Under the pieces are notes generated by a model that was not told the origin of the DNA, did not search any database, and was given only the letters and a program-made list of their open reading frames with translations. A program made the position numbers and the translations under genes. Shown one piece after another: positions 29,356 to 39,598 of a DNA stretch of 64,000 bases. Numbering within the stretch: position 1 is the first letter of the stretch; every line of letters starts with the position of its first letter. The DNA is from an uncultured bacterium. GTDB lineage: Bacteria; Chloroflexota; UBA5177; JANWHV01. The stretch covers positions 416,001-480,000 of the forward strand of contig CAWHAE010000012.1 of the NCBI GenBank assembly GCA_963827235.1, given 5' to 3'.

Positions 29356-30255
29356 ATGCTGAACGTTCGCTACCTGATCGCTAATCCCGTGGCAGGCAGT
29401 GGTCGGGTGGCGCGCCTCCTGCGGCCCGTGCTGGCCCGCCTGCGAGAGCGTGGCTGCGAGCCACGGACCTGGCTGACCGAGAGCGCCGGCGACGCGCGGC
29501 GGTACGCGGAACGGATCCCGTCAGGCGCGGACGCCGGCGTGTTCGGTGGCGACGGGACGCTCAATGAGGTCGTCAACGGCTTGCGGGGACGGGACTGTCG
29601 CCTGCTCCTGCTGCCCGGAGGAAGCGGAAACGATCTTGCTCGCGGCCTTGGTATTCCTATGCACCCTCTCGAGATGCTGGCCTTCGCGGAGTGGAAAGAG
29701 CGCAGCATCGATCTCGGTGAGATCGGGGACCGCCTCTTCGCCAATAACGCCGGCGTCGGTCTCGATGGGGAAGTGTGCCGGCTGATCGAGAACTGCGACT
29801 GGGCCTTCCAGGGCAAGCTCGGCTACGTGCGGGCGACCATTACCTGCGCGCTGAATCTCCGGTCCACACTGATACGCGTCGTGTGCGACGGCACGGTCCG
29901 TGAGTACGATGCCCTGATGTTCACGTTTGCCAATGGCGAGTTCTACGGACGCGGTATGCGCATAGCGCCGCACGCGAGGCCGGACGATGGCGAGCTGGAC
30001 GCCTGCGCGGTGCTACGCGTCGGGCGGCTCCCACTCCTCACCGCGTTTCCGCGCGTCTACACGGGAAGTCACGTCCACCATCCCGCCTTCCGGCTCTGGA
30101 GAGCCCGCGCGCTGGCGCTGTCCGGTCCGCGCCCGCTCAGCGTGCACGCGGACGGCGAAGTCGTGGGCAGGCTCAGCACGGACCCGTCCCGGCCGACCAG
30201 CGTGCGCATTGCGGCAACCCGGCAGCGCTTCCTCGTTCCGCGACCCCGTATCTGA
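29356..30255 (+). CDS. Diacylglycerol/lipid kinase family (YegS/BmrU)
   Basis: NPVAG, GGDGTLNEV, GSGNDLAR, NGEFYG, ADGE. Confidence 0.9.
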   Translation: MLNVRYLIANPVAGSGRVARLLRPVLARLRERGCEPRTWLTESAGDARRYAERIPSGADAGVFGGDGTLNEVVNGLRGRDCRLLLLPGGSGNDLARGLGIPMHPLEMLAFAEWKERSIDLGEIGDRLFANNAGVGLDGEVCRLIENCDWAFQGKLGYVRATITCALNLRSTLIRVVCDGTVREYDALMFTFANGEFYGRGMRIAPHARPDDGELDACAVLRVGRLPLLTAFPRVYTGSHVHHPAFRLWRARALALSGPRPLSVHADGEVVGRLSTDPSRPTSVRIAATRQRFLVPRPRI

Positions 30256-30264
30256 TCTGTCGTC

Positions 30265-30459
30265 TCAGCCTTCGGCGTCGCCGGACGGCTTGCCCGTGTT
30301 GCCCTCCTGAGCCTCGCGCGCGCGATCCGCCGCCGCGCGCTCGGCTGCCTCTCGCTGCCGCCGGCGCCGGATGCGCAGCAACGCCACGGCACCGAGGCCG
30401 ATTGCCAGCGCTTCGTTGAGACCGATAGGAGACTTTCGCCCGGTATCCTCGCCGCTCAT
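30265..30459 (-). CDS. Small single-TM protein
   Basis: AGGGAG RBS; hydrophobic helix followed by RIRRRR and a charged helix. Confidence 0.5.
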   Translation of the reverse strand: MSGEDTGRKSPIGLNEALAIGLGAVALLRIRRRRQREAAERAAADRAREAQEGNTGKPSGDAEG

Positions 30460-30526
30460 GACCTTACTCCCTGCGATGTGCTGTCGGTAGGTAGGTGCAT
30501 GAGGCTATAGTACCGCGGCGCAGACT

Positions 30527-31687
30527 TCAGGTCCCCCACTCGCCCTCGTCCTGCACTGCTTCACGCACGGGTACCGGTTGCCGCCCGAAGCCTCGCACCA
30601 GGGCCGCTGTCACGCTCTCGAGCTCAAAGCGCAACCGCAGCAGCATCGAGTACCAGCAGGTGATACAGTACTCGCCCATCAGGTCAAGCGTGCCGCTTGC
30701 TGCCATCACCACGATACCGAGCTTGGAAATCGGATCGAGTGCGCGGAGCGCCAGTACCGCGGCCGCACAGGAGGGTGTGGGAACGCCCGTGGAGTGAGAC
30801 AAGAGGACGATCAGCGCGCCGTCCCTGACACCGACTCCGGACGGCACAAAGAAGGCGAGGGAGCCGATCGCAGCCGCCACTGCCGAGGCGCCAAGCACGT
30901 CCATCAGGTTGACAGAAGTGGCCGGATCCAGGCCCGACAGCAGCGCGTAGAGCACCATGGTGCCGGCTAGCCAGGCGGCTGCCGACCAGGGCACGAGGCA
31001 CAGTACGCTGCCGAGCCCGAGGCGCAGGCCGCCGCCGGCATTCTCGGCCCGCGCACTGCACACCATCTTGCCGCAGAACCGGCGCGAGAACGCACCTGCC
31101 GTCCGGTCGGCTGATACCAGCAGCCACAGACTGGCCAGCATGCACGCCCCCAGTCCGGCAAATGCCCAGGCCACGGCAGCCACGTCATGCCCGCCGATCA
31201 GGGGCAAGGCATCGCGCATCCCGGGTTGTGAAACGAGCAGCAGCCCGATCGGTGCCCACACCAGCACGCCGCAGAGTCCCAGCGCATTGGCCATGAGCAC
31301 GACGATCGCTGCCCGTCCGGGCTGCACTCCGCGACGTCGCAGATAGACAATACCGCCGACCGTGGAGCCGGCCGCATTGCCTATATAGCTTGCCAGACCG
31401 GATCCGGCGAAGGCACTCAACCCCGTGCTCAGCGGCAGTCTGTGGCCCATGCGGCTCAAGATCTTGCACCACATCACGCCGCTCAAAAGCGCAGAGAGGC
31501 CTGTGAGGGCGAGAACGGCAACCACCGACTCGGGCCTGAGGAGGCCGAATGTCTTGGCCATCGGCAGCACGTAGCTATGCACGCTGCCTGTAGCGACTAT
31601 CACCGCACCCGCCGCCGTTGTGAGCAGCGACAGGAGCAGGATACGGCGCAGCACAAGCCGAGACATGACGAGTACTCCGAACTTCAC
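30527..31687 (-). CDS. Lysylphosphatidylglycerol synthase TM-domain/flippase-like protein
   Basis: Multi-TM; FVPSGVGVRDG..., LALR motif of this family. Confidence 0.7.
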   Translation of the reverse strand: MKFGVLVMSRLVLRRILLLSLLTTAAGAVIVATGSVHSYVLPMAKTFGLLRPESVVAVLALTGLSALLSGVMWCKILSRMGHRLPLSTGLSAFAGSGLASYIGNAAGSTVGGIVYLRRRGVQPGRAAIVVLMANALGLCGVLVWAPIGLLLVSQPGMRDALPLIGGHDVAAVAWAFAGLGACMLASLWLLVSADRTAGAFSRRFCGKMVCSARAENAGGGLRLGLGSVLCLVPWSAAAWLAGTMVLYALLSGLDPATSVNLMDVLGASAVAAAIGSLAFFVPSGVGVRDGALIVLLSHSTGVPTPSCAAAVLALRALDPISKLGIVVMAASGTLDLMGEYCITCWYSMLLRLRFELESVTAALVRGFGRQPVPVREAVQDEGEWGT

Positions 31688-31976
31688 GACGCGAAGGCGC
31701 TGTGCGTGCGGCGCCGGGACGACGGCGCCTGTGAGGAACTTTACACACCTACAGTAACACGGTATGCGTTAATCACCCGTGAACGCGGCGTGACAGGAAG
31801 GTGAAAAGCGTGCTCTTCGGCACCTCCACGCACGTGGCTCGGGCATCTGCCGAGCCGCGCCGCCGCGACGGCCGGGCGTCGATTTGCGGGGGGTGTTGTC
31901 CACCGGCTACCCACCCGGTATCCCTTCCTGGACAAGTACAATTGTGCCTGCTTGAAATGAGGCCAAGGGAGGGACC

Positions 31977-34872
31977 GTGGACGCTGCCGACAAGACCTAC
32001 ACGCCGGGGTGCGTGGTCTGCGGACCGGACGCCGACTGCGAGCAGCCGGTGCTGGAGGGCGTCGTGAGCAAGGTCGAACGCCGGATGCAGGCGACCAGCA
32101 AAGGCGGCGTGAACGTCGTGCGCATCGTGCTGGAATCCCCACAAGGCCCGTGCCGGCTCGACCTCGGCGAGCGCTTCGCGTACTTGAGCGACGGGCTATC
32201 CGCTGCCTCCGAGCGCCTGAGCCTGCGCGCCTATCATCTCCGGCGGGCGCGAAAAGCCGGGTCGCCGGGCGGAGCGCGGCATTCCTGCGTGCCCACGTTC
32301 TTGAGCGGCACCGGCAGCATCGTGCTGCTCGAGCCGGATTGGCTGCTGAACGTGACCGCCCTCATCGGAACCGACTACTGCCTTCGCCAGTGGCTCGCCA
32401 ATCGCCTCGCCGCTCGTCCGGCGTCCCTTCCGCAGCTTCGAGGCACTCTCGTGCACGCTGCGTTTCAGACGCTCTGCCGCCTCGGCACCGTGCTGGACGA
32501 CACGCTGGAGTCGCTGCTCGGCGATATGGCCTACGGCCTTGCCCTCGCCGGAGTGTCGCAGCAGGCGCTGATCGACGACGTGCGGCCGCACGTGGAACGT
32601 CTCGCGCGCTGGCACGCCGAGTGCCGCCGCGGAGCTCTTCGGCGGTGGCTGCGGCGCGCCGGTGTTCGAGAGCACGTTGCTGTGCCCCGAGCTCGGCCTG
32701 CGCGGGCGGACTGACCTGGTATTCCGTCAGGAGGATGAGACGGGTCGCCGGCTTGTCACGCGCATCGTCGAGCTCAAGACGGGCAAATACAACGAGCAGT
32801 GGCCGGACCCGGAGTTCCAGGTCCGAGGCTACTACGCGATGCTCACCAGCCAGCAGCGCCTGGCGCCGGACTTTCAGGCTCAGGTCATCTATACCGGTAG
32901 CTCCAGCGCTGTCCTTCGCCGGGTGAAGTGCGGCGCCGGCGACCTCGAGCATATCGTGATGCGCCGCAACCAGGCCGTGCTCGCCTCTCTGGCGGGCTTC
33001 GCCCCGCCCTCAGAGTCTGTCAACCGCTGCCGCAACAGCGCGAACCGGGCCGAATGTGTGCGGCTCAGCGCGCTGCTGAACCTCGATCATTGCCGCGGGC
33101 GTGACCTTCAGGATGCCGCCGGCGGACAAGTCAACCCCCAAGACGCAGACTTCTACGCCGCGCAATATCGCCTGCTGCGCCTGGAGTCGCGTGCGACGAG
33201 CGACGCACTGGCTGCGCTCTGGCGCGCCGCACCGGCCGCCCGGGAGGCGGCGGGCTCGGCAATCGCCGTCGACGAGGAGCAAGGTCGCGAGCAAGGTGCC
33301 GACGGCCAGTGGAGCTACCGCTTCCGCTGCAGGAACGCCTCCGAGCTGCGCGCCGGTGACGCCGTTCTGCTGAGCGACGGCGATCCAATCCGCGGTGACG
33401 TGGCCGTGGGCACGCTGGCGCTGACCGGTGCGGATTACATCGAAGTGGTGGCCAGGGCACCGGTTGCGTGCCCGAGGCTCGTGGACCGCTATGATTCGGG
33501 CGAAGCCCAAGACCGCATGCTACGGGCGCTCGATGCTTGGGTCGAGGGGCCGCCGCGCACACGGGCGCTTCTCTATGGTCAGCGTATCCCGTCGTTCTCT
33601 GCACCCAGTCGCGCGGCAGGGTCATCCGCCGTGTCGCACGGGCTCAACCAATCGCAGCAGGAAGCACGCGACCTCGCGCTCAGGCTGGGCGACTATCTCC
33701 TGGTGCAGGGCCCGCCGGGCACGGGAAAGACATATCTTGTGGCCTGTCTGGTCAAGGAGCTGGCAGAGCGCGGGGACCGCATCATCGTGTCGGCCTGGAC
33801 GAACCAGGCCGTGGATACCATGCTTCGCGCGCTGCTGAACCTGGGCTTCACCCGATTTGCCAGACTTGGGTCCGTGCGGACGATGGATCCCGAGCTGCAG
33901 CCATACGCGGTCGCATCCGTTTCGCCGGCAGGCGTGCAGCCGCCGACCCCGGATGCGATCGCGGAACGGCTGCGTATCGTCCCAGTGCTGGCCGGCACCG
34001 TGAGCGCGTTCGCCGACACGCGCCTGCGCAGCGCCTCGGTTCTGCGCGACGTGGCTATCGTCGACGAGGCGGCGCAGCTCAGCGTTGCCGCCGCCGCCGG
34101 CGTGCTGCGGTTGGTTCCTCGCTTCATTCTGGTGGGCGACGATCAGCAGCTGCCGCCAGTGGTACAGAGCGAGGAGGCGGCGCGGGAGGGCCTTTCACTT
34201 TCTCCTTTCGCGCTGTTGAGGCCCGAGGCTCAGGCGCACGGAGCGTTCGTCCGGCTGCACGAGCAGTTCCGCATGCACGAGGCCGTCGCGGCATGGCCGA
34301 ACGAAGCCTTCTATGGTGGGGTGCTCACGGCGCACAGTGCCGTCGCCCGGCATAGGCTTCCGACGGCCACTTCTCCCGGCTGCCATCCGATCGTGGATCG
34401 CGACGTGCCGATCGTGGTGGTGGATTCGGGCCGGTCGGCTGCCGGGGAGGTGGAGGCCGCCGTATGCGCCGCGGTGCTCCTGGCGCGGAGCGGCGTGCCG
34501 GAGGAGCAGGTCGGCGTGGTGGCGCCGTTTCGCGCGATTGTTGCCGCCGTCCGCCGGTCCCTCGAGAGCGTGCCCGAGGCCAGCGGTTGTACGGTGGATA
34601 CCGTCGATCGCTTTCAGGGAGGACAGCGCGAGGCGATGATCGTGTGTCTGGGCTTGTCCGGCATCGGTCGCCGGTCCCACGCGTTTGTCGACGATCCGAG
34701 AAGGCTGAACGTGGCCTTCACACGTGCGCGCGCAAAGCTTGTGGTAATCGGCGATCTTGCTCAAGCGCGTACGCTGCCGACAATGGCCGGATTTCTCCAT
34801 CACTGCCTGGATCACGGCATGCCGACGGTACTAGCCGAACGGGCTATAGCGGCGTCGGAGGAGATATGCTAG
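31977..34872 (+). CDS. Dna2-like nuclease-helicase (RecB/Cas4-like nuclease + SF1B helicase), frameshifted near 32631
   Basis: LEPDWLLNVT..YCLR..RGTLVH; GLRGRTD..IVELKTG..QV.GY; QGPPGTGKT, DEAAQ, GDDQQLPP, QFRM, TVDRFQG, RLNVAFTRAR. Confidence 0.85.
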
Positions 34873-35024
34873 CCTGTCATCTTCCGTTCATGTTTGCGGG
34901 ACTATACTCCTATCGCTGGTGTGGGGCGTGCGCTGAACGCTAGCGGTAGTCTTGACACAAGGTATCGCGGCGACAGCTTTTATATAGATACGTGCTTATC
35001 ACCGCCGCCGATACCGATACCCGT

Positions 35025-35062
35025 GGGAGGGCCTGGAGCGTATGCTCCGGGCCCTCCTGCTT
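35025..35062 (+). terminator. Strong stem-loop upstream of the secG promoter
   Basis: GGAGGGCCTGGAGC-GTAT-GCTCCGGGCCCTCC followed by TGCTT. Confidence 0.55.
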
Positions 35063-35076
35063 GCCAGTCCTTGGTC

Positions 35077-35105
35077 TTGTCAGATCGTCCGGCACATGCT
35101 ACAGT
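35077..35105 (+). promoter_or_regulatory. Sigma70 promoter of secG-tRNA
   Basis: TTGTCA-17 bp-TACAGT with extended -10 TG. Confidence 0.6.
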
Positions 35106-35159
35106 AACCCTTGCCCCGCCACTGCAGGGCTAGTTTTCGGGCTGTGAGGTTGCACCGAG

Positions 35160-35381
35160 TTGAAGACCCCGCTTCGCGTTGTCCAGGTCATTCTCGCGGT
35201 TTTTCTCATGATCCTGATCCTTATGCAGTCGAGGGGCACAGGGCTCGGCAGCGTGTTTGGTGGCGATGCCAGCGTGTTTCAGACACGGCGGGGCATCGAG
35301 TTGACGCTGTTCAAGTTCACGATCGGCGTGGCCGCGGTGTTCTTGATTCTGTCGATCATCGTAACCTCGAGGGCGGTCTAG
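35160..35381 (+). CDS. secG: Preprotein translocase subunit SecG
   Basis: 73 aa, two TMs, ILMQSRGTGLGSVFGG, TRRGIE; followed by tRNA-Leu as is common for secG. Confidence 0.9.
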   Translation: MKTPLRVVQVILAVFLMILILMQSRGTGLGSVFGGDASVFQTRRGIELTLFKFTIGVAAVFLILSIIVTSRAV

Positions 35382-35388
35382 GCTCTTT

Positions 35389-35475
35389 GCCGAAGTGGTG
35401 AAATTGGCAGACACGCGGTGTTCAGGACGCCGTGAGCTCAAGCTCGTGTGGGTTCGAGTCCCTCCTTCGGCACCA
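35389..35475 (+). tRNA. tRNA-Leu(CAG)
   Basis: Acceptor GCCGAAG/CTTCGGC + ACCA, anticodon loop TTCAGGA, long variable arm, GGTTCGAGTCC T-arm. Confidence 0.95.
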
Positions 35476-35483
35476 AGTACTTT

Positions 35484-35520
35484 GACCCCTGACCGGCCCG
35501 TCCGGCAGGGGTTTCGTTCA
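35484..35520 (+). terminator. Terminator after tRNA-Leu
   Basis: ACCCCTG.CCGG...CCGG.CAGGGGT followed by TTCGTT. Confidence 0.65.
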
Positions 35521-35561
35521 TCCTGAGAGCTGCCCGGCGGGCATCCTGAGGAGGGGATCGC

Positions 35562-36434
35562 ATGAAACGTGTGATCAGTGCCTCCAGACGAACCGACATT
35601 CCCGCGTTTTATATGCGCTGGCTCGGCGACAGGGTAGCCGAGGGCTTCGTGAATGTGGCGAACCCGCTCTATCGCGAGAAGGTGACGCGCGTCTCACTCC
35701 TGCCCGAGCACGTGGCCTGGCTGGTCCTCTGGTCGAAGAACTTCGCCGTGTTCGAACGCTGGGCCGAGCGTTTTGACGCCTACGAGCTGTTCTTTCACTT
35801 CACCATCAACGCGCCCAACAGCTTCCTGGAACCGGGGGTGCCCACCGGCGAGCAGGCTCTGCGCCAGGTGGAGTTCCTTGCCGCACGCTACGGCGGCCGG
35901 CGGGTGACCTGGCGCTACGATCCGCTCGTGTGTTGGCGCGAAAGCGGCTCGGTGCGGAGCAACTACGATCCGGTGTGGTTCGAGGACATGTGCCGGCGGA
36001 TGGCGCCGCTGGGCGTCGAGCGCTGCACTACCAGCTTCATGACACCCTACGGCAAAGTGCTGCAGCGGTTCCGCAGGCTATTTCCGCAGATCTCACTTGT
36101 CGATCCGCCGCCGGATCAGAAGCGTGCCTGGGCGGCAGCGCTCCGCGAGATCGCCGGCACGTACGGCATCCGGCTCAGCAGCTGCACGGATGCCGTGCTG
36201 TTCGACGTCCTGCCCAAAGGCGCCTGTGTAGACGGCCGGCTGCTCAACTCGCTGAGCGCGTCCCGGGTGAGCTGCGCCAAAGCTCCCGGTCGCGACGCCT
36301 GCGGCTGCACGCATTCGATCGATATCGGCGACTTCGAGCGCCAGGAATGCGGCTATGCCTGTCTCTACTGCTACGCGAACCCAAACCATCGGCGGTTTGC
36401 CGGGCAGCACCAGCCGGTCGCACGGCAGGCGTGA
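35562..36434 (+). CDS. DUF1848 family protein
   Basis: VISASRRTDIPAFY, WSKN, WRYDP, CGC..SIDIG, C..ACLYCYAN. Confidence 0.9.
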   Translation: MKRVISASRRTDIPAFYMRWLGDRVAEGFVNVANPLYREKVTRVSLLPEHVAWLVLWSKNFAVFERWAERFDAYELFFHFTINAPNSFLEPGVPTGEQALRQVEFLAARYGGRRVTWRYDPLVCWRESGSVRSNYDPVWFEDMCRRMAPLGVERCTTSFMTPYGKVLQRFRRLFPQISLVDPPPDQKRAWAAALREIAGTYGIRLSSCTDAVLFDVLPKGACVDGRLLNSLSASRVSCAKAPGRDACGCTHSIDIGDFERQECGYACLYCYANPNHRRFAGQHQPVARQA

Positions 36435-36441
36435 GGTCTGC

Positions 36442-38700
36442 CTAGCCGCCGCTGCCGTAGTGGGCGGGGTCGAGGGCCGGCACGTAGATCTCGAACGAGC
36501 TGCCGGTGGCAGTCATGCCGGATAACTGGTAGACGGGCTCATAGTACACGCCGCCTGATCCGGTCACCGGTACGTAGACGACGGCTACCGCGCTGATCGG
36601 CGTGTCTGCCTGCGGATACGATCCCGAGGTCGTGATCAGGGCGCCGCCGTCCTGCACGATGGCGACGGCCTGGGCAAACGGAATGGCCTCGAAGGCAGGA
36701 GCGAGCGAGGTGTCCACCCACACGATGTCGAGTGAGGTCAGCACGCCGAGCGCATTGAAGGAGAACGTGGCGCCTGCACCCGTCACCAGGTACCCCGCAT
36801 TCTCCGTGCACGTGACCACGGCAGTGCCGCCAGCCTGGGCCGCGGCGCTGGTACACTGCGGCGCGGCCGAGTCGCCGGCGAGCTGATGATTATTCAGGAA
36901 GAGATTCGCGGACGCCACGGCGTCGAAGCTGCCCTGCTGCTCGGTCGAGGCAGGCACTGCCGAGACGAGGCTGAGCTTGAGGTGATAACCGAAGCTCCTC
37001 GCCTGGTAGTCGGCCGTATACGTCCGGTTGTCGGCCGTGACGAGCGCGACAAGGCTGGTCTGCCCGGAGGACTTGACCACTTTGTTGACCTGGAAATTGA
37101 ACGCCGCCAGGGCGTCGAGCGCAGGAGTCGGATGGGACACCGGCCTGTACACAGCCAGCTCGCCGGCGTCCGGCGGTGAAACGGCAGGCATGGTCAGCCC
37201 GACCCCTGCCGGGAACCGCTGGGCGTGTGCCAGGATGGAATTCGCCGGCGCGTTGGCAGCGGTAACCGAGGGGAACAGGTCCGACGGATTGACGGTGGCC
37301 GTGGCCGAACCGCCGATCGAGATCGCCGGGTGCACCAAGCTGCTGCTCTGCGTCCCCGTGGGAGAGGCCATGGCGAGCATCGTCGCCGCGCTCGATGGAG
37401 CCGGCTGCGGCGTATCGGTCACGGTTGGCGCCGGCGGATGGGTAGCGGCCGGTGCCTCGGTCGCGGTGGCCTGTGCGCTGGTGGGCCGCGGCGTTGCGCT
37501 GGGCGGGACCTCCGTGGCAGTCGCCGGCCGCGGTAGCGTGGGAGTGCGCGTCGCCGTCGCCGCACGAGTCGGCACCGGTGTGCTGGTGTACGTCGGCGCG
37601 GCCACTGGTGTGTGGGTTGGCGCCACCGTGGGCCGCACCGGGGCGGCCGTCGACGAGGGCACCGTGGTATGTGTGGGCGCAGCCGTGGGCGGTACCGGCG
37701 TATCCGTCGGCTCGAGTACCGGCGTGTGCGTGGGAGGCGGGAGCGTAGGAACGGGCGTATCGGTCGCCGGACGTACCGGCGTGTGCGTGGGTGGCACGGC
37801 AGTCGGGGCGGGCGTGGGCGAGAGCGTCGGGACGGGCGTGGGCGAGAGCGACGGTACGGCCGTGGGCGGGACCGGCGTGTCGCTCGCCGCCGTCGTAGGC
37901 GTGCTGCTGGGAGGTATCGCCGTCGCGGTCGGCGCCGGCGAGGTGGCCGTGGGCTGCTCGATCGTATGTGCCACCCGCGTTGCCCGAGCCTGACCGGTAG
38001 CCGGCGTAGAGGTCGGTGACGTAGCAGTGGGCTGAGCCGCAGCCGTCGTGGCGCTGGGCGCCGCGGAAGTGGGCGAGGGAGCGGCGGGCGTGGTCGAGGT
38101 TGGCTCCGGCCGTGACGTGGCCGTGGCGCTGGGCCGCGCTGTCTGGATCGTCGCGGTATTCGCCGGCACGGGAGCGGTCGGGCTGGGGCTCGGCTTGATC
38201 TCGGGTGCCTTGGCGCTCGGCGAGGCCGGCACGGCGGTGTTTGACGGAGAGGGCGTGGCGGACGGCAGCACCACGACCACGCGCGGCGTGGATGTGGGCA
38301 CCGTGGCCGTCGGGTTCGTCACCTGAGCCAGCTTGCTGTCCGGCGAGCCTACGTGCGCACGCAGATCGGCGTAGCCCGCGACGAGAGCGACGCAGGCCGC
38401 GGTGGCAATCGCGCTCGCCACCACGGCACGCCGGGCGCGCTGCCATCTGCTGATCGGCGTGACGCTTGCGAGCTGTGCCGGGCGGCGGAATTGCCGCACG
38501 TTGTCGGAGTATTTCTCCAGCAGCTCGGCCTTGAGACGAGCCCGAAACGCCGGATCCGGCGCGGCGCCCGGGGACAGGCGGTCGCGCAGCTCGAGCGAAA
38601 GCTGGAGCAGCGGATCCTTCAGCCTGTCCGGTGGGAGATTCGCGTCACCCGCCAGGAGACGTTCGAGGTCTTCGTCAAACCGGTCCGAATAGTTAGGCAT
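36442..38700 (-). CDS. Single-TM protein with long Pro/Thr stalk, putative anti-sigma factor
   Basis: N-terminal PDPAFRARLKAELL helix, TM, roughly 350 aa PT-rich region, C-terminal globular domain; 9 nt downstream of the ECF sigma. Confidence 0.7.
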   Translation of the reverse strand: MPNYSDRFDEDLERLLAGDANLPPDRLKDPLLQLSLELRDRLSPGAAPDPAFRARLKAELLEKYSDNVRQFRRPAQLASVTPISRWQRARRAVVASAIATAACVALVAGYADLRAHVGSPDSKLAQVTNPTATVPTSTPRVVVVLPSATPSPSNTAVPASPSAKAPEIKPSPSPTAPVPANTATIQTARPSATATSRPEPTSTTPAAPSPTSAAPSATTAAAQPTATSPTSTPATGQARATRVAHTIEQPTATSPAPTATAIPPSSTPTTAASDTPVPPTAVPSLSPTPVPTLSPTPAPTAVPPTHTPVRPATDTPVPTLPPPTHTPVLEPTDTPVPPTAAPTHTTVPSSTAAPVRPTVAPTHTPVAAPTYTSTPVPTRAATATRTPTLPRPATATEVPPSATPRPTSAQATATEAPAATHPPAPTVTDTPQPAPSSAATMLAMASPTGTQSSSLVHPAISIGGSATATVNPSDLFPSVTAANAPANSILAHAQRFPAGVGLTMPAVSPPDAGELAVYRPVSHPTPALDALAAFNFQVNKVVKSSGQTSLVALVTADNRTYTADYQARSFGYHLKLSLVSAVPASTEQQGSFDAVASANLFLNNHQLAGDSAAPQCTSAAAQAGGTAVVTCTENAGYLVTGAGATFSFNALGVLTSLDIVWVDTSLAPAFEAIPFAQAVAIVQDGGALITTSGSYPQADTPISAVAVVYVPVTGSGGVYYEPVYQLSGMTATGSSFEIYVPALDPAHYGSGG

Positions 38701-38709
38701 TGCCGATGA

Positions 38710-39273
38710 CTAATCCTCGCCGGCAGCCAACCGCCGATGCAAGGAGGCAAGTGCTCGGTGCAGCAGCGCCTTGACCGCGCCTTCGCTCCGCTGCATGATT
38801 CGAGCTATGTCCCTATTTCGCAGGTCCTGTCCAAAGCGCAACAGGATCACCTGTTGCTGTTCAGCCGGGAGCGCGCGCACCGCAGCCAGCACATCCGACC
38901 TCCACTCAAGCGCCGTCGCGGTCTGTTCAGGCCCGGGCTCCGGCTCCAGAATCTGGTCGAGATCGTCGTCAGTCGTGGTAGCCGGCTCGCGTCGGAACTT
39001 CGCCGCTATGGCATTGCTGGCGATGCGATACAGCCAGGCGGAGAATGCCACCCCACGCCACTCGAACCCCTGAATATTCTCGAGCGCGCGATGGAACGTC
39101 TCGGACACGATATCTTCCGCCGTCGCCTTATCGCCCACTCGACTGAAAGCGTAGCTGTAAATCGCATCCACGTAGCGTTCGTACAGGGCGCCAAAGGCGA
39201 CCGGGTTCGAACGAGCGGCCTCGACCAGTTTCCGTTCAGCTTCGAGCTGCTGTGGCGACGGTGGCAGAGTCAT
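38710..39273 (-). CDS. ECF sigma-70 factor
   Basis: AFGALYERY, AEDIVSETF, AWLYRIA, LPAEQQQVILLRF, SEGAVKALLHRA; GGAGGG RBS. Confidence 0.95.
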   Translation of the reverse strand: MTLPPSPQQLEAERKLVEAARSNPVAFGALYERYVDAIYSYAFSRVGDKATAEDIVSETFHRALENIQGFEWRGVAFSAWLYRIASNAIAAKFRREPATTTDDDLDQILEPEPGPEQTATALEWRSDVLAAVRALPAEQQQVILLRFGQDLRNRDIARIMQRSEGAVKALLHRALASLHRRLAAGED

Positions 39274-39312
39274 GCCCTCCGCGCCGGATGCATCGCACAC
39301 ATCCTACATATA

Positions 39313-39338
39313 CAACGCACCGGCATCACTTTAGATAC
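39313..39338 (-). promoter_or_regulatory. Putative ECF autoregulatory promoter
   Basis: Minus strand GTATC-N16-CGTTG, resembling ECF -35/-10 geometry. Confidence 0.4.
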
Positions 39339-39507
39339 GCACTTGGTGGCGGACTTTCGGCCAGTTTTCCGGACGCGAACCACACTCAGCCGTTTAGGAC
39401 GCAACAGGGGCATCCATGACCCCGACAGCATGCGGACGCGTATGTCAGGTGAGCCTAGCCGCGGCGGCTTCTCGGGCGTGAGCAGGGCTCAAAGCCACCT
39501 CCGTGCT

Positions 39508-39536
39508 TTGACTGGCTCCCAGGGCCGCGGTATGCT
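39508..39536 (+). promoter_or_regulatory. Sigma70 promoter for the zinc-ribbon/radC operon
   Basis: TTGACT-17 bp-TATGCT. Confidence 0.65.
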
Positions 39537-39598
39537 ACAAGCCGTTACACTGACCAATGCGGAACCAATACTCCTGGCTGGAAGGAACAGAAGCAAGC

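Noticed and set aside
32662-33100. Cas4 of a CRISPR system
   Set aside because: The nuclease is fused to an SF1 helicase in Dna2 order; no cas1 or array
37380-38330. Short DNA repeats as a CRISPR array or VNTR
   Set aside because: They encode the Pro/Thr linker; no constant repeat-spacer period and no cas genes
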